A stretch of DNA of 64,000 bases, from positions 24,834,150 to 24,898,149 of the forward strand of contig NC_134026.1 in the NCBI RefSeq assembly GCF_964204645.1. The letters are read 5' to 3'. Both the position numbers and the translations under genes were made by a program. This document shows positions 27,749-39,634 of this stretch, piece after piece. Under the pieces are notes generated by a model. The model saw nothing but the letters and a program-made list of their open reading frames with translations, searched no databases and was not told where the DNA came from. Each line of letters opens with the position of its first letter. The first letter of the stretch is position 1. The stretch is from Tubulanus polymorphus. Taxonomy: Eukaryota > Animalia > Nemertea.

Positions 27749-27841
27749 CACCAACATGATTTATATCGTTTTCCGGGCTGGAGCGTCAGTTCCAAACTGT
27801 TTTCGCTTCAGCTCTTCATCAGAATGTAAATGATGTTGGTG
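27749..27841 (-). promoter_or_regulatory. SECIS element (type II) in the SELENON 3' UTR
   Basis: mRNA sense: CACCAACAU CAUUUACAUUCUG AUGAA GAGCUGAAGCG AAAA CAGUU UGG AACUG A CGCUCCAGCCC GGAA AACG AUAUAAAUC AUGUUGGUG. This gives an AUGA/GGAA core, an 11-position helix II with two mismatches, unpaired AAAA, an apical mini-stem and a 9-bp basal helix. Poly(A) signal at 27653-27648. Confidence 0.9.
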
Positions 27842-28102
27842 ATAACCATAGCAATTTCATCTGCTTTCACCGTGGCCCAAACGGTACAAAAAAACAATCG
27901 ACGAAATAAGATACCTTGGAACTATTGATGACATGACTTTAAAGCTCGTTACTTGGATTAGTATTATATTTCCATTTCGTCTAGCTAATGCGAATTGTCA
28001 TTCTCGTTTTCACTTTACGACGATATTTAAGTTCATTATGATTTCACTTTTTACAAAATGATAATTTAGACTATATACACAAAGTGCGGATAAGCATAGT
28101 GA

Positions 28103-30363
28103 CTATGATTGAACGGCAACTTTGCCAGCTTTATCAACACCATCCTTTAGAACCTGCATGTACCGATACGTCATGCGATCACCGAGACTAAAGAGAAAGA
28201 AAAATACATCGTTAATGAATCAGCTGTTTGATTTACCAAGACTAGACATAACTGACTAACATACCCATCATAATAAGTGTTTTCGGATTCCATATTTTCT
28301 TGGTCACCGAACAATATGTCATTTAAGTTGGCATCATGGACGATCGTTCCATTCGGTAAATGCACCATGATCTGAACCGGGAACCTAGAGAGGTATTCAC
28401 ATGCTCATTGTGAATATAAATCACTGAATAACTCTGAAATCTATATGGATTTTTGGGCACTCACTTGTACGTATCCAAACTTCCGTTTATTCGTTCTTTT
28501 ACTTCTGCTGGTGTTGTCTTATCGTCTCGGAGTTTCTCCAGATCGACGACTAGAGACCAGCTGCTAACAAACTTCTCCGTGAGAAGTTTCTGGATGGGCG
28601 GACTCTCCAGCGGGCCATGTCGGAGAGTTCGCCCTGAACCTATGAAATATGGGAGAGTGTTAAGAAGAAAATAACAGATAGTAACACATATCATATTGCG
28701 ATTATCTTACCTCAGCAGGACTGGTCATCGAGAGCACCCCACATTATAATAGAATGCATCAGCTTATTTTCAGCTTTTGCTCGAGATAGCGCTTCGGGAA
28801 ATTCGAGATATTCAACTTGCTTAAATGGATATAATGCTTTTTCCATATCCCTATCAGCCTCCTTCTGCGATATTTCCTCTGTCCATCTGAGTTGGGGTGG
28901 TGCTTGGATACTGTCTGGTGTATCACTATCCTTATTTTCTGTGGACGGTGCCATCGATTCTAGCTCCATCTGCGGCATATAACCAATCTCTACTTGCATA
29001 CCTTCGTGTTCACTCGGACCACTTAACCATTCCATATCTATGTAGAAAAGAACAATTTTCAACGCTATAAGAATCTTGTTTAATGACGGACATGAATGTA
29101 CGTAGTTTATGGAGAATGTGTCACATCTTACCGACGTTCAAGTTCTTTTTTGCAGGTACATACATATGGAAATATTCTATATGACTATAATCCTTTGATA
29201 TGATGAGATTGCCCGTGAAGTATGCCGGAGTAAACCAAAATGGCCATGCCGGTGGTTCATTGATTTGGAATTCTGCGTGGATTCTAAAACATATCGGTTG
29301 GAATATTAACAACTTAGGAGCATCTGGAAAAGTGCTCAATATCTCATTTTGCATGGCTTTTTCGAACATTTAAGGAGGCTAATCATAATATCTTCTCAAA
29401 TTTGCTTAGTGCAAAATGCATTAATCTTGAGATGCTCACCTGAAGGTAATATCAAGATATTTATCATTTTGCGCACGAACAACACCAACTGCTCCCTGTG
29501 GCGCGAATCTCATCACAGTGAAGGCATTGGGATGAAACATCTTTAGCATTTCTGTGATGAAGTATTGGTCTCCGACAGGAATCGGTGCGTAATACCGATT
29601 ACTTGAATATGTATCTTTATCAGCACGATATATATGCCATACTTTACTAACCCGAGGGACGCGTGTTTTTGGGAGCAATGCGTCGAATTTGAAAGTATCA
29701 AATACGGCAGTCTCGTTCTGGACGGTTTTCCATTCTTTCAATCCGGTAATTATCAAAGGATCGGTCTAAAATATACGTTACCCCAATCAACGACACAATG
29801 TCTTGAAAATATTTGTGAGAAACAAGAAACCTAGTTCATATGCTTCGTGGGGAAAATAGTTGGATTCTTACCGCAAAACCTCCTGTAATATCATCTTGGT
29901 ATGCCTTCATTGTTTCCATGATTAACGGCTTGAAAGAGGTTTTTAGGGTAATATATTCATTTTTATCACTTCCCTTGTGTATGTCACTATGTGGAATCTA
30001 TAGAAAATGTGTTGCTTGTTAAAACATCCTTTATCCCAAACGGTTAACAGATTTGTACCATTTTCGAAGCTATATTACCTGACCAGTTAACTTCTCAAGA
30101 ATGGCACCAAATTCCTCTGGTGATAACTGTCCATCCTCATCAACGTCTAGTGTTGTAAAATAATATGAACCTTGCTGTCCTAGAACTTTCAATGCATCTT
30201 TTCTCTGCTCTTTGCTTTGTTGAAATCCAATACCGGATAATTGTATTATAAGCGACAAAATGGCTATGAAAGCAGCTATGGAAGCTACAGTTAAAGCTGA
30301 TATTCCTGCAGAGGTCACCATTGGAGGTGGCCCCGCTTTTTTCTTCTTAGTCGACGACGCCTC
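28103..30363 (-). CDS. SELENON: Selenoprotein N, Sec UGA at 28714-28712 (start codon uncertain: ATG 30321 or an upstream non-AUG)
   Basis: N-terminal TM, EF-hand [46 protein letters not shown]|[15 protein letters not shown]. Stop TAG at 28105-28103. All inspected exons splice in frame. Confidence 0.96.
28596..28634 (-). promoter_or_regulatory. Sec redefinition element (SRE)-like coding hairpin 6 nt downstream of the UGA in the spliced mRNA
   Basis: GGGCGAACUCUCC pairs with GGAGAGUCCGCCC (12 of 13 bp) around a 13-nt interior. Confidence 0.8.
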
Positions 30364-31214
30364 CTGTAAATATTAATAATTTTCATTCCTTGGTTTTGTA
30401 TATCCTTGGTGATTGCTATAACTCGCATTCAGTTTCAAAGTTGGAAGGTTATACGCGTTCTATGTTGTTGATAGAATATTGTTAAAGTTCTAAAAGAAAA
30501 ACTATACGACGAATTTCAATTTCATTTTGATATTCTGAATTCTTGATATAACGGTAATTTATGAAATTGTGTCGTCGTTGTCAAAATCTAATTATTCTAA
30601 TTTTCAATAGTTTCAATTGATTAATAGAAACAGTTTCAAAGCTAAAAATGTACACAGAACATACCAGCTCGCCGGGGTAGCCTTCAAGCTCTCAGTTCGG
30701 AATTAAACAGCTGAATGAAAATTATGTGTGTAATGTATTTACTTAATAACAACGGAAGTAAATTCAAATATACCACGTGTATTTGGTTGATAAGCAGGGG
30801 CGTTTTTCTCACAGCCAGCTATGGTGTACATGCATTTCCCCACGTGCCATAATCTCGAACCTTATATCCTTATCTTATTACTGCGAATATTATTCGTCTA
30901 CAGGATGAACACTACATTTCTTCGGTATTTTCTAACACAAAAAACTGTCACTTTTTGAGATGGGTTTGCGATTTCATTCAGTCTTCCTCTGGTTTTATGT
31001 ATGACGAATCTAACATCATGTTATCACAAGAACGTTTTCCTCAAAATTGATTAAAACGAATCACACATAATTCATAAACGACATCAGATTTGTTTCATTG
31101 CTTGATAGATATATATTTTATTGAACCATAAGATAGATTGATATACATATACATGCGAAAAGTTATTAGTCCGTTAAGGGTTAGCGCGGGTCTTCTACGG
31201 ATGAATCCTTCGAT

Positions 31215-34200
31215 TTAACTGCTAGTGGTCGCTGGACAGCGCGAACTTGGCAAAAACCAGCTACGCACAAAGACTTCTGGTTTCCAGACAGGTTCACCGG
31301 TTGGTTTACTCATATCAGCCGTTTTCTCCATATTGAAATCTCCGCACAAACCTCTGATGTTCGAGAACCAGAATGGCGAAGGCTACAAAAAATAATGCGT
31401 CATATTCAACATCAGTTAATATGAAACAATTAAGTTAGGAATTGAAATACAATAAAATAACAGCTTTATTTACTTTAACAATTACGTCCTTGAGGTTTGT
31501 TTTTACGGTAAGTAGGGAAATTCGGCTGTTGATGACGACGACACCAGCTTTACTGATTCGAATTGACAAGATAATCCAAGAGCTGAAAGAAAGACAATCG
31601 AACAATCGAACTACTCTGTGTCATCACGAAAGCTAAGACGCATGACGAAATAATTGTTGAAGGTTACCTAGGATTATTCGGTTGACGGCGGATGATGAAT
31701 GTTTGTTCTGTGAGGATAGATATTGGTTCTCCATTGATTTCTATAACAGGGGAAACCGTTGAACCTTGGGATGGACGAACAATGATAATACGTCCATCAA
31801 CAATCACTTTCACTATCTGAAACGAAATTCAAATTTTCAAAATATAACCATCAACTCATTGAAACTTATTGAATACCCATTGATGAAAGTCTTATCACAA
31901 TATTCAAATGATAAATGAAAATGGTTACCTTCATATTTGATTGCGGAACGATTGTAGCAGTGACAGCCATTTTCGGTTGTGGAGTTGCATCAGCTGCAAG
32001 AACCATTTCACACGGAACCGAAGGAACCTTAGCGAACATTCCATCAAACGTCATCACTTCATTGGCTGCGGTGAGTTGACATTTTGCGGGTAATCGGAAG
32101 TTAGAAAGGTGTTTCCACAGAACATTATACTCGTACGGATGGCTGGAGGGTATTAGGGCCGTAGGATCGAACATCATTGGGATGTGGCTGTATTCCTCTA
32201 CTGCTGTTGGTGTTTGCAGTTTCCAATACGCCTAGAAACAATCATTGTTCGAGGGGTCACACAATTTTGTAGCTTTTCATAAAGCAAAAAGAAGAAAGAA
32301 GCTTATCGAGGCTTACCTTGTACATTTCGGGCAAGAACTTGGCATGTATCACAACCTGTCCCGGTGTATTCGAAATTCCAGTATCACGGATCCAGGATCT
32401 GGCAAAAAGCCAGTTTCTTAGGTAGTGACGAGCAACATGGGCAACTCTCCACAAAGGAAGTGGAACCTGAATATGTTTAAAAAAGATATGATAAATCTAT
32501 ACTCAAAACCCCTTGAATTTCCACACAAAACAAAAACAAAACATACCTCAGTTATGGGATAGTGAATCTCAACTTTCATTTGATTCAAAGCATACATGAA
32601 CTTCTTCAGTCTCATACATGATGGAGCTAGGATGCTCCCTGCGCGTCTTTCCTTTTGACAAATTTGATATTCCGGTAATCTTTCGAACAATCTTTTCTGC
32701 TCGAACTCTTGCTGTTCTTGCGATTTCTCGAAATGCACCTACGATGTTAGATTAAATTCAAATACTTGTAACCGTCACTATCTGATATTGTCGAGACAAA
32801 TCATCATACTTTGATTACTTGTTTAATTACTTGTTAACTACGATTGATTTATGCAATGATTGCGTCAAATAAAGAGTATAAACTATAAAACTTTTCGTTA
32901 CCTGCATCCAGATCTTCTTGCTATCAGTACATTCCTCTCCCCACATATACTCCCAAGTCATTGTTCGGCTGATTTCGCTAGCTGGTAGAGGTTGCGTAAA
33001 CGTTGGAACTGGTAATTGTGGATGTCGATAAACCCCTTTAGCACAAATCTTAAAAAAATTTTTGATGAACATATCGTTCATTTCTATCAAATATTCAAAT
33101 TTCAAACATGAGAAATACATTGAAATGCATCTATAGATTTACCTTAAATGGAGTCGCTGCGTAGTTTGGAAGAGGACTGCGGATGATGTTCACTCTGATA
33201 TTCTTCGTCAAAGCTCCCGCTGAATGAATGTTCATTTCTAGTTTAACGTATCGTTCGGTTTGTCCATTTCTAATTCCCATTATTTTGACGGCGGCTTCGA
33301 CATTGGTTTTTTTCCAGCTGGATTGTGTAGAACCGGCTGCTGGATTAATTTGATCATCGGTACTTTCAGATTTCTCTCCACTTGTTGACCAAAGCCATGA
33401 CCAACTGGATTGACCGGTCGACTCTGATTCACCGGATTGGCTTGATTGACTCGACTGTTGCATTGGTACCGAAGATGGGTTACAGGTTGATTCGATAACG
33501 ATCTTTTCCGGTGTCATGTGACCAGGACGGGCGAAGATGCGCATTGATTTCATTCCAGTCCATGGGCAAATCTTCTCGCTGAGACTAGCTTCTGGTCGTG
33601 CAGTTGCCTCTATTTCAGCGACAAATTCAATTCCGAGTGAGTTCTTTCCAAACGACATGGTTTTCTAATGCGAACAAAAGAAACGGTTTAAATTTGGCTG
33701 CGTGACAATTCAATAGTATTCTAGTGATTGATACGTTAAATAAGACGAACAACTACCTTTTGAGTGGAGTATAGACTTTCAGGTCGAATTGGCCATGCAG
33801 GATTACTTCCTTGAGGTATGATATTTTTCATATCTACAGATTTATGAACTCCGGAGTATCCAGGTGTGATCGTCTCAACAAAAGTTACTGGTTTTACATG
33901 AAGATCAATTAGTCGTAATTCCTAAATATGAATACATAGATGAAGCAAGCGAGATGTTTCCACCACAGATCTCAAACATAGTTAGTTGGAAGTTTGTTAA
34001 TACCTGTTGAATTGTTGGAACACTAATTTCAATCTTTCTAGTAGCCCATGTGTATTTGACTTCAGCATTGATAGGAGTATTACTCAGTAATTGAACGGTA
34101 GCTTTTGTTCCAGCACGCAAGAAGGGCACGGCAACTCCCATTGTCAACTCGACATCAGTAACCAATCTTTGAAAGAAAATTTACAGTTCATTTAACTATA

Positions 34201-37200
34201 TACGTTATATTCAATAAATTCAAAGCGAATTTGATACGTCACATTCAATTACTTACTTAGGTGTAGCAATAATTTTGGCCGTCGCAAATTGTGGCATTGC
34301 TCGTGCCCGTTTTTCCTTAAAGATACTTGGTTCAACTCTCAATGACACCTGACTTTTCCACTTGAGATGGGCCAACGCAGTTAGATTCAGGGAAACTGGC
34401 AGACCAACGAATGTCGGAACTTTGACAATTGCATCTTCAACAACCATAGTCTTTTCGACATTCCAAGATTTTCCGCTTCTCAGTTCAGACTCAATATTGC
34501 TGATTGCAATCTTTCCAGTTTCAAATATTGTACGAATGACTTCATTGTTTAAAGTGAACATTCTCAATTCATGGCCAAACATCTTCATGTAAATCATGCC
34601 CTTGAAGGCTTCCGGTGTCACTGCCTTCATGTTTAGCTGAAATGGTAAAGATAGTTGTCTCCAAGTCTTACGTATTCATAACAAATCGAATTGATGCAAA
34701 TACGTGCGAAAGACGAATTCACCTCCAGAGAGGAATATCAAATTCTATATTTATTTTTCAGTTGCAAAAATGCATTATAACATAAAGTTCATCCGAATGA
34801 TAGCTTTATCAAATTTACTGCAGCAATGTACCTTGCTTCTGATGTCGTTGAGTTCACCTTCAGGAGAGACGCTTCGTTTCTGGCGTGGTTTAAGGATATC
34901 TAGAACGGTCTTCGATTTGCGTACTGATCCGTATGGTCCCCACAGTTTTTCCATTAGTGTCTGCAGACCCTCGGTATAGAATCCAGCCTGTGCGCATTGG
35001 AAATAATTCGGTTATCAGATGATTATATGGATGATAAAGAAGATAATTATTAATTGCATCGTGATTTTACCTCAACGATATCAACGGAATGTCCGAGAAT
35101 GTGAGTATTCAGTTTCATGTTACCAGACTGGGGAAGGAAAGATCTACGCGTTGGAATCATGGACATATCCCAAGCACCAGCGATTCCCATAGATACTGAA
35201 TAAGAAATACAGATCTCCTTGAAAATATGGAAATCTCGACATTGCGATATATATCGCTGTTATTCTTACCGGATTTGTATGGAATATGAACGCGTGTGGG
35301 CATCAGAATGTTCATTGGAATTGGTTTCGCAAAATGCAGAGCAAGCATCATCTTTTTTGCCCTGTAAATTAAAATGTTTTAGAATTTGTCTTCAGTGTTT
35401 CGAATGGCAATCAGAGATGGCAATGAATTTGGTCGAATACTCACATTTTAAGGCAGCATGGGTGGCTGGACATAGATACTTGTTTCATGTGGTTAAAGAT
35501 ATAGGAGGCAACATGAAGATTTTGTTCTCTGTGAAGATTGTTGGCGATTGTTTGTAGCAGGGCGAATTCTGGTTCGGCTTCAGAAAGAATGACGTAGGAT
35601 GCAACACGTAATTGAGTCGATTCGATCGGATTGTTCAGATATGGCCAGAGCATTGTTTTTACCTACATGAAAAAAGCGTAATGCAAGATATGTTTCAGTA
35701 TCAAGTCCGGATACAAAAGGGGCACATTATAGGCGAAATGCTACCTACTTTTTGTTGAATAGCATGAACCAAGTGACGAAGGGAATAAATGGCTTGGACT
35801 CGAATTATTTTTGGAGCGTTTATATCAGATATGACTTTTTCCAAGTATGGAACATGCTCAATCAATCCAGCATTTCCGATTACTTTCAGTGCCAATAGAC
35901 GCTCAGGTTCGGATTGAGCTGCGCGGAATAAAGCAAGGATCTCTTGGCTGTAATGACGTGTCAGTGCACTCAATCTTTGTGCGGTGATCTGCCCTTCTAC
36001 AAGAATATTGCCAAAATGTCTCTGATGGATGTCGGATGAGCTAGGTCTTGGATGATTACTGATTACTAATCGGTGAATTAGAGCTCCCGCTGCCAACCAA
36101 CAAGTTTGTTTTGGTTGTACTTGCTTCATAACCGATGGATCTTTGCAGATGGCCTGTAAAACAAAACTACAAATGAGATCAAATAATCTTAAGTTAACCC
36201 CATGAAGGAGATGATGTGAACTGTACCAATATCTCGGTGATGTATTCTGGCATAGGCTCATAAGTAATAGGAATAGTACTCAGGATGAACGACATTTCAC
36301 TAGCGTCTTTGATCAGTTGACTTTGAATGCTTGCTTTTATCAGTTGAAGAGCTGGCATAGTTCTCAATGTTGGCAACAGGTTCCAAACAATACGTCTAGT
36401 GGTAAAGAATACACTCGTAGAAATTAGAATCAAATGCCAATGAGAATATCTATTCTATCTAATCTAATACGAACCTGACTCTCATGTGGGAGGGATTTCC
36501 ACTACTTGGTTGTAAATAAGGTTTGATCAAGCTGTTAAGGGTAGTGAGTGGGCATTTTCTCAATTCCTTGATCAAAGTTGTGATCCATTCAGGTTTGGGT
36601 AATTCTGTTTCTGGTAATGCTGATATTAAACGGATAATCCTTTCAATCTTCAAACAAAAAATGTATGTTTCGTAAAAATTGCAACTAATTTTTTGACATA
36701 TTTATCTTCAAAAAAATAGAATACCTCAGTTACTGTAGCCGACGGTGCCTGCGTAGGAATCGCTGCCCCTATGATTCCAGGTATGATCATTCTGAGGCCT
36801 TCAGGAGCAGGTTTCATGGTTGGTACTGGGATCGGTCGGCTGATCGGCCGAATGGCACTTACTTTTGTCCATTGACTAGAATGAAACATAGAGGGGTTGA
36901 GTTGTAAACCATGAAATGTTGCTTTTAAAGCTATGGGTGGGAGAAAAACGTATAAACTTACTGCATGAATGTGGTGATGCTTCCCATCGAAACATTAACT
37001 GGATAAACTACAACTTGACTCCTGACTTCAGCCGTATCAACTAAAAACTTTCGGCCAGATTTGTACAATTTGTAATGAATTGTGGTACCTGGTTTGGCGA
37101 TCCATGCTTTCTGTAAATACGGAAAAAGCGAACGATCATTTTGCGTACGATAAATATTTGTTGAAATAATTGGATGACAAAATCTCAAAAGAAATCTCAA

Positions 37201-38578
37201 ACTTACATTCGCATACGGAATGTCGTTGCAGTTGTGTCCTTTGATATTGGATTTCTCCATGAGTGGAACGTTTGAACAACGATTGTGATCAACTGTTTTA
37301 GTTAGATTCATGACCATCCATCCGCTATCAGCTCCAGACATCATTGGGGCCGCCCATTGACTGTAGAACGTTTCGCAGCTTCCAACCGTGCTTTCCTGTA
37401 ACGAATGATACCAAATAATTGTAGCCATTCATGAAAATATGCATCACAAATCTTTAAAAAATCTAATATCTAATCTTGAGAGTCATACCTCCATAACTTT
37501 GAAAGCCTTAGATTCCGAAGCTTTTGAGAAGGATTTTCTGTATAAATGAGCGTGGATGTTTTGGTCAGCCATCGTCTTTCTTCCTTCAAGATCAACTTGT
37601 AAAAGACTGAGAAGTCCTTTTTTGATGTTCATTGACCAAATAGCGTCGATTTCTGCTACTTGCACCTCACTTATGATTCCGTCAATATATCTACAACCCC
37701 AAAAAGTGACTTTATTACATTCATTTCTATCTGAGTAATATTCGTTCGAGTCTGTTCTTAGTTGCTTTTTTACAGGGATATATTCCAACGTTACCAACAT
37801 TCCAACATACCTGAATTGAACTGGTTTCATGATATCAACTTTCAGTTTCTCCGCAACTGATCCGGAAACTTCAGTGAAGACATTAAGTGGAAGTGGGTCT
37901 GAAAATGCAGTCGGTTTTGGTATTTCTTTGTTCACTTGGTAGAATCGTGGTGCGGCCACCTGAAGAAGAATTCCAAGCATTAAAAGCCGATTTCATAAAC
38001 AATGTGTCAACTAAACGTATTCAATAACGAAATAACTGTACCTGTAGAACAACTCTGGTTTCATCCAAAAATTGCAGACGAACGGTACATTTTACCTTCA
38101 ATCCAGAAGCAAGTCGACTGAGTTCGGGAAGACCTGTCACGGCCTGACTCACGGTGTCGTACTCAAATTCGTATCGTGGCTGGAAAACTACAATTTCAAC
38201 ACAAAAACATAATTTTCCAAAAACCTTTGAAACTGTATTCAAGAATATTAAAGAATTTCAAGGAATGAACTAAATATTATTCAAAACCCTTTTGAATAAA
38301 TTAGATTTAAGATCAATAATCGTACCTTTTTTCCAGCTGATATCATTATCAGCGGCTAGAAAATAAATGACATTAATATAATCAATATCAAATCAATATG
38401 GAATTATTTCTGCAAATTCTGCTATTTTGCAAAATGTCATAAACCTCCAATGAGTCTTTCATATATGAAGATTCAGTAACATAATCGGATTTTTGCAATA
38501 AAAGATGTGTAACAGTATGAGAAATATTTGCTTACCTGCCAAACAGGCACCAATGAAAAGTAGAATGATAGGTTTCAT
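31215..38578 (-). CDS. Vitellogenin-like large lipid transfer protein, copy B (inverted paralogue of copy A)
   Basis: Signal peptide MKPIILLFIGACLA, same exon structure and motifs as copy A, RQKR site at 34885-34874. Ends RSWFLPSSRCPATTSS* (stop 31217-31215). AATAAA at 31122-31117. Confidence 0.9.
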
Positions 38579-38638
38579 CTCGCTGGTCCACACTTTAGAC
38601 CCCAAGAATCAATTGATATTTTCAGCGTTCAGGCATGG

Positions 38639-38761
38639 TTTATATAGCAGACAATTCTATCAAAACAATCGGACATGAGGCGACATTGGGTAAACTTCAA
38701 GATATTTGCACGCCAACATCTAAGTTCATTAAGGGATTGTTGTCAAAGTTTTCCCGATATC
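38639..38761 (-). promoter_or_regulatory. Proximal promoter of LLTP copy B: TATA, GATA and a motif shared with copy A
   Basis: TATATAAA at 38646-38639, TGATAG just upstream, TGCAAATATCTTGAAGTTT at ~38710-38692, GATATC at 38761-38756. Confidence 0.6.
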
Positions 38762-39548
38762 ACTGCGTATTCTATTGGCGAATGAATTTTTGTTGAATTC
38801 TGTCGGTACATAATTCTTGAGAAGGTCCCAAATAATTGTTTATGTCATTAGTTTTGAAATCAGAATGAGATTAGGTTTGGACTAGAGTCACCTTATGATC
38901 CGTCAATTTTTAAGTGTTGAGTGCTTTGCACCCCCATCGCCACTGACTTGCATCGGAATACAAAAAATAATGATATAGGACACGTTATAGATTTTTGATA
39001 TTAGTACAAGTTCTAACATGATATTAGAGTTTATACTGAATCATAGCATTTCTATTTCGTGAAAAATTCACATTTGATTCTGCACGAAAATTTGCCCACT
39101 TTGTTTATAGAAATTGATTCAATAAGACGATCGTACTTGAAATTCACTAACAAATTTTTTGTATTCACTTTCTTAGTATTTCTATATAATATTTTAAGAT
39201 TAATTACAACGACATGGAAAGGAAGGTTCATGGCTTTAAATCAATATTGGAGCACTCTAAGTGATTACAGTATATCATATTGAAGTGTTCCCATTTAGAA
39301 TGATATATTTTATCTATCATATCTTTGAAAAAAGATTTATGAACTCATGACACTTTACTGGCAGATAAAGTCAAGTGCATACAAGTGAAAGTGATACTTT
39401 TGAAAAATGTATGCTTAGATGGACATTGCCGCATCGATGAATTAGCAAGGAAAAGTTCTTAATAACAACTTTGGATGTATAGATTTCTATCATCAAAGAA
39501 TAGAAAAAATCGGTAAAATCACTAAACAAACGATATTCTTTTTAGCAT

Positions 39549-39590
39549 TTTAGACGTAGTTTATTGAGATTTAGACGTAGTTTATTGAGA
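39549..39590. repeat. Perfect 21-bp tandem duplication
   Basis: TTTAGACGTAGTTTATTGAGA twice, just downstream of the CAP gene stop. Confidence 0.85.
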
Positions 39591-39634
39591 AATATACAAT
39601 ATATGGACCAGTTAGTTCTTGGCGTGGTGATTCC

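Noticed and set aside
28712-28714. In-frame TGA as a pseudogenising stop in SELENON
   Set aside because: It sits in the SCUG motif, downstream exons are intact, and a SECIS and SRE are present.
31215-38578. LLTP copy B as an uncollapsed haplotype of copy A
   Set aside because: Signal peptides, early exons, a central block, promoters and C-terminal tails differ far more than alleles would. The orientation is inverted and a unique gene lies between.
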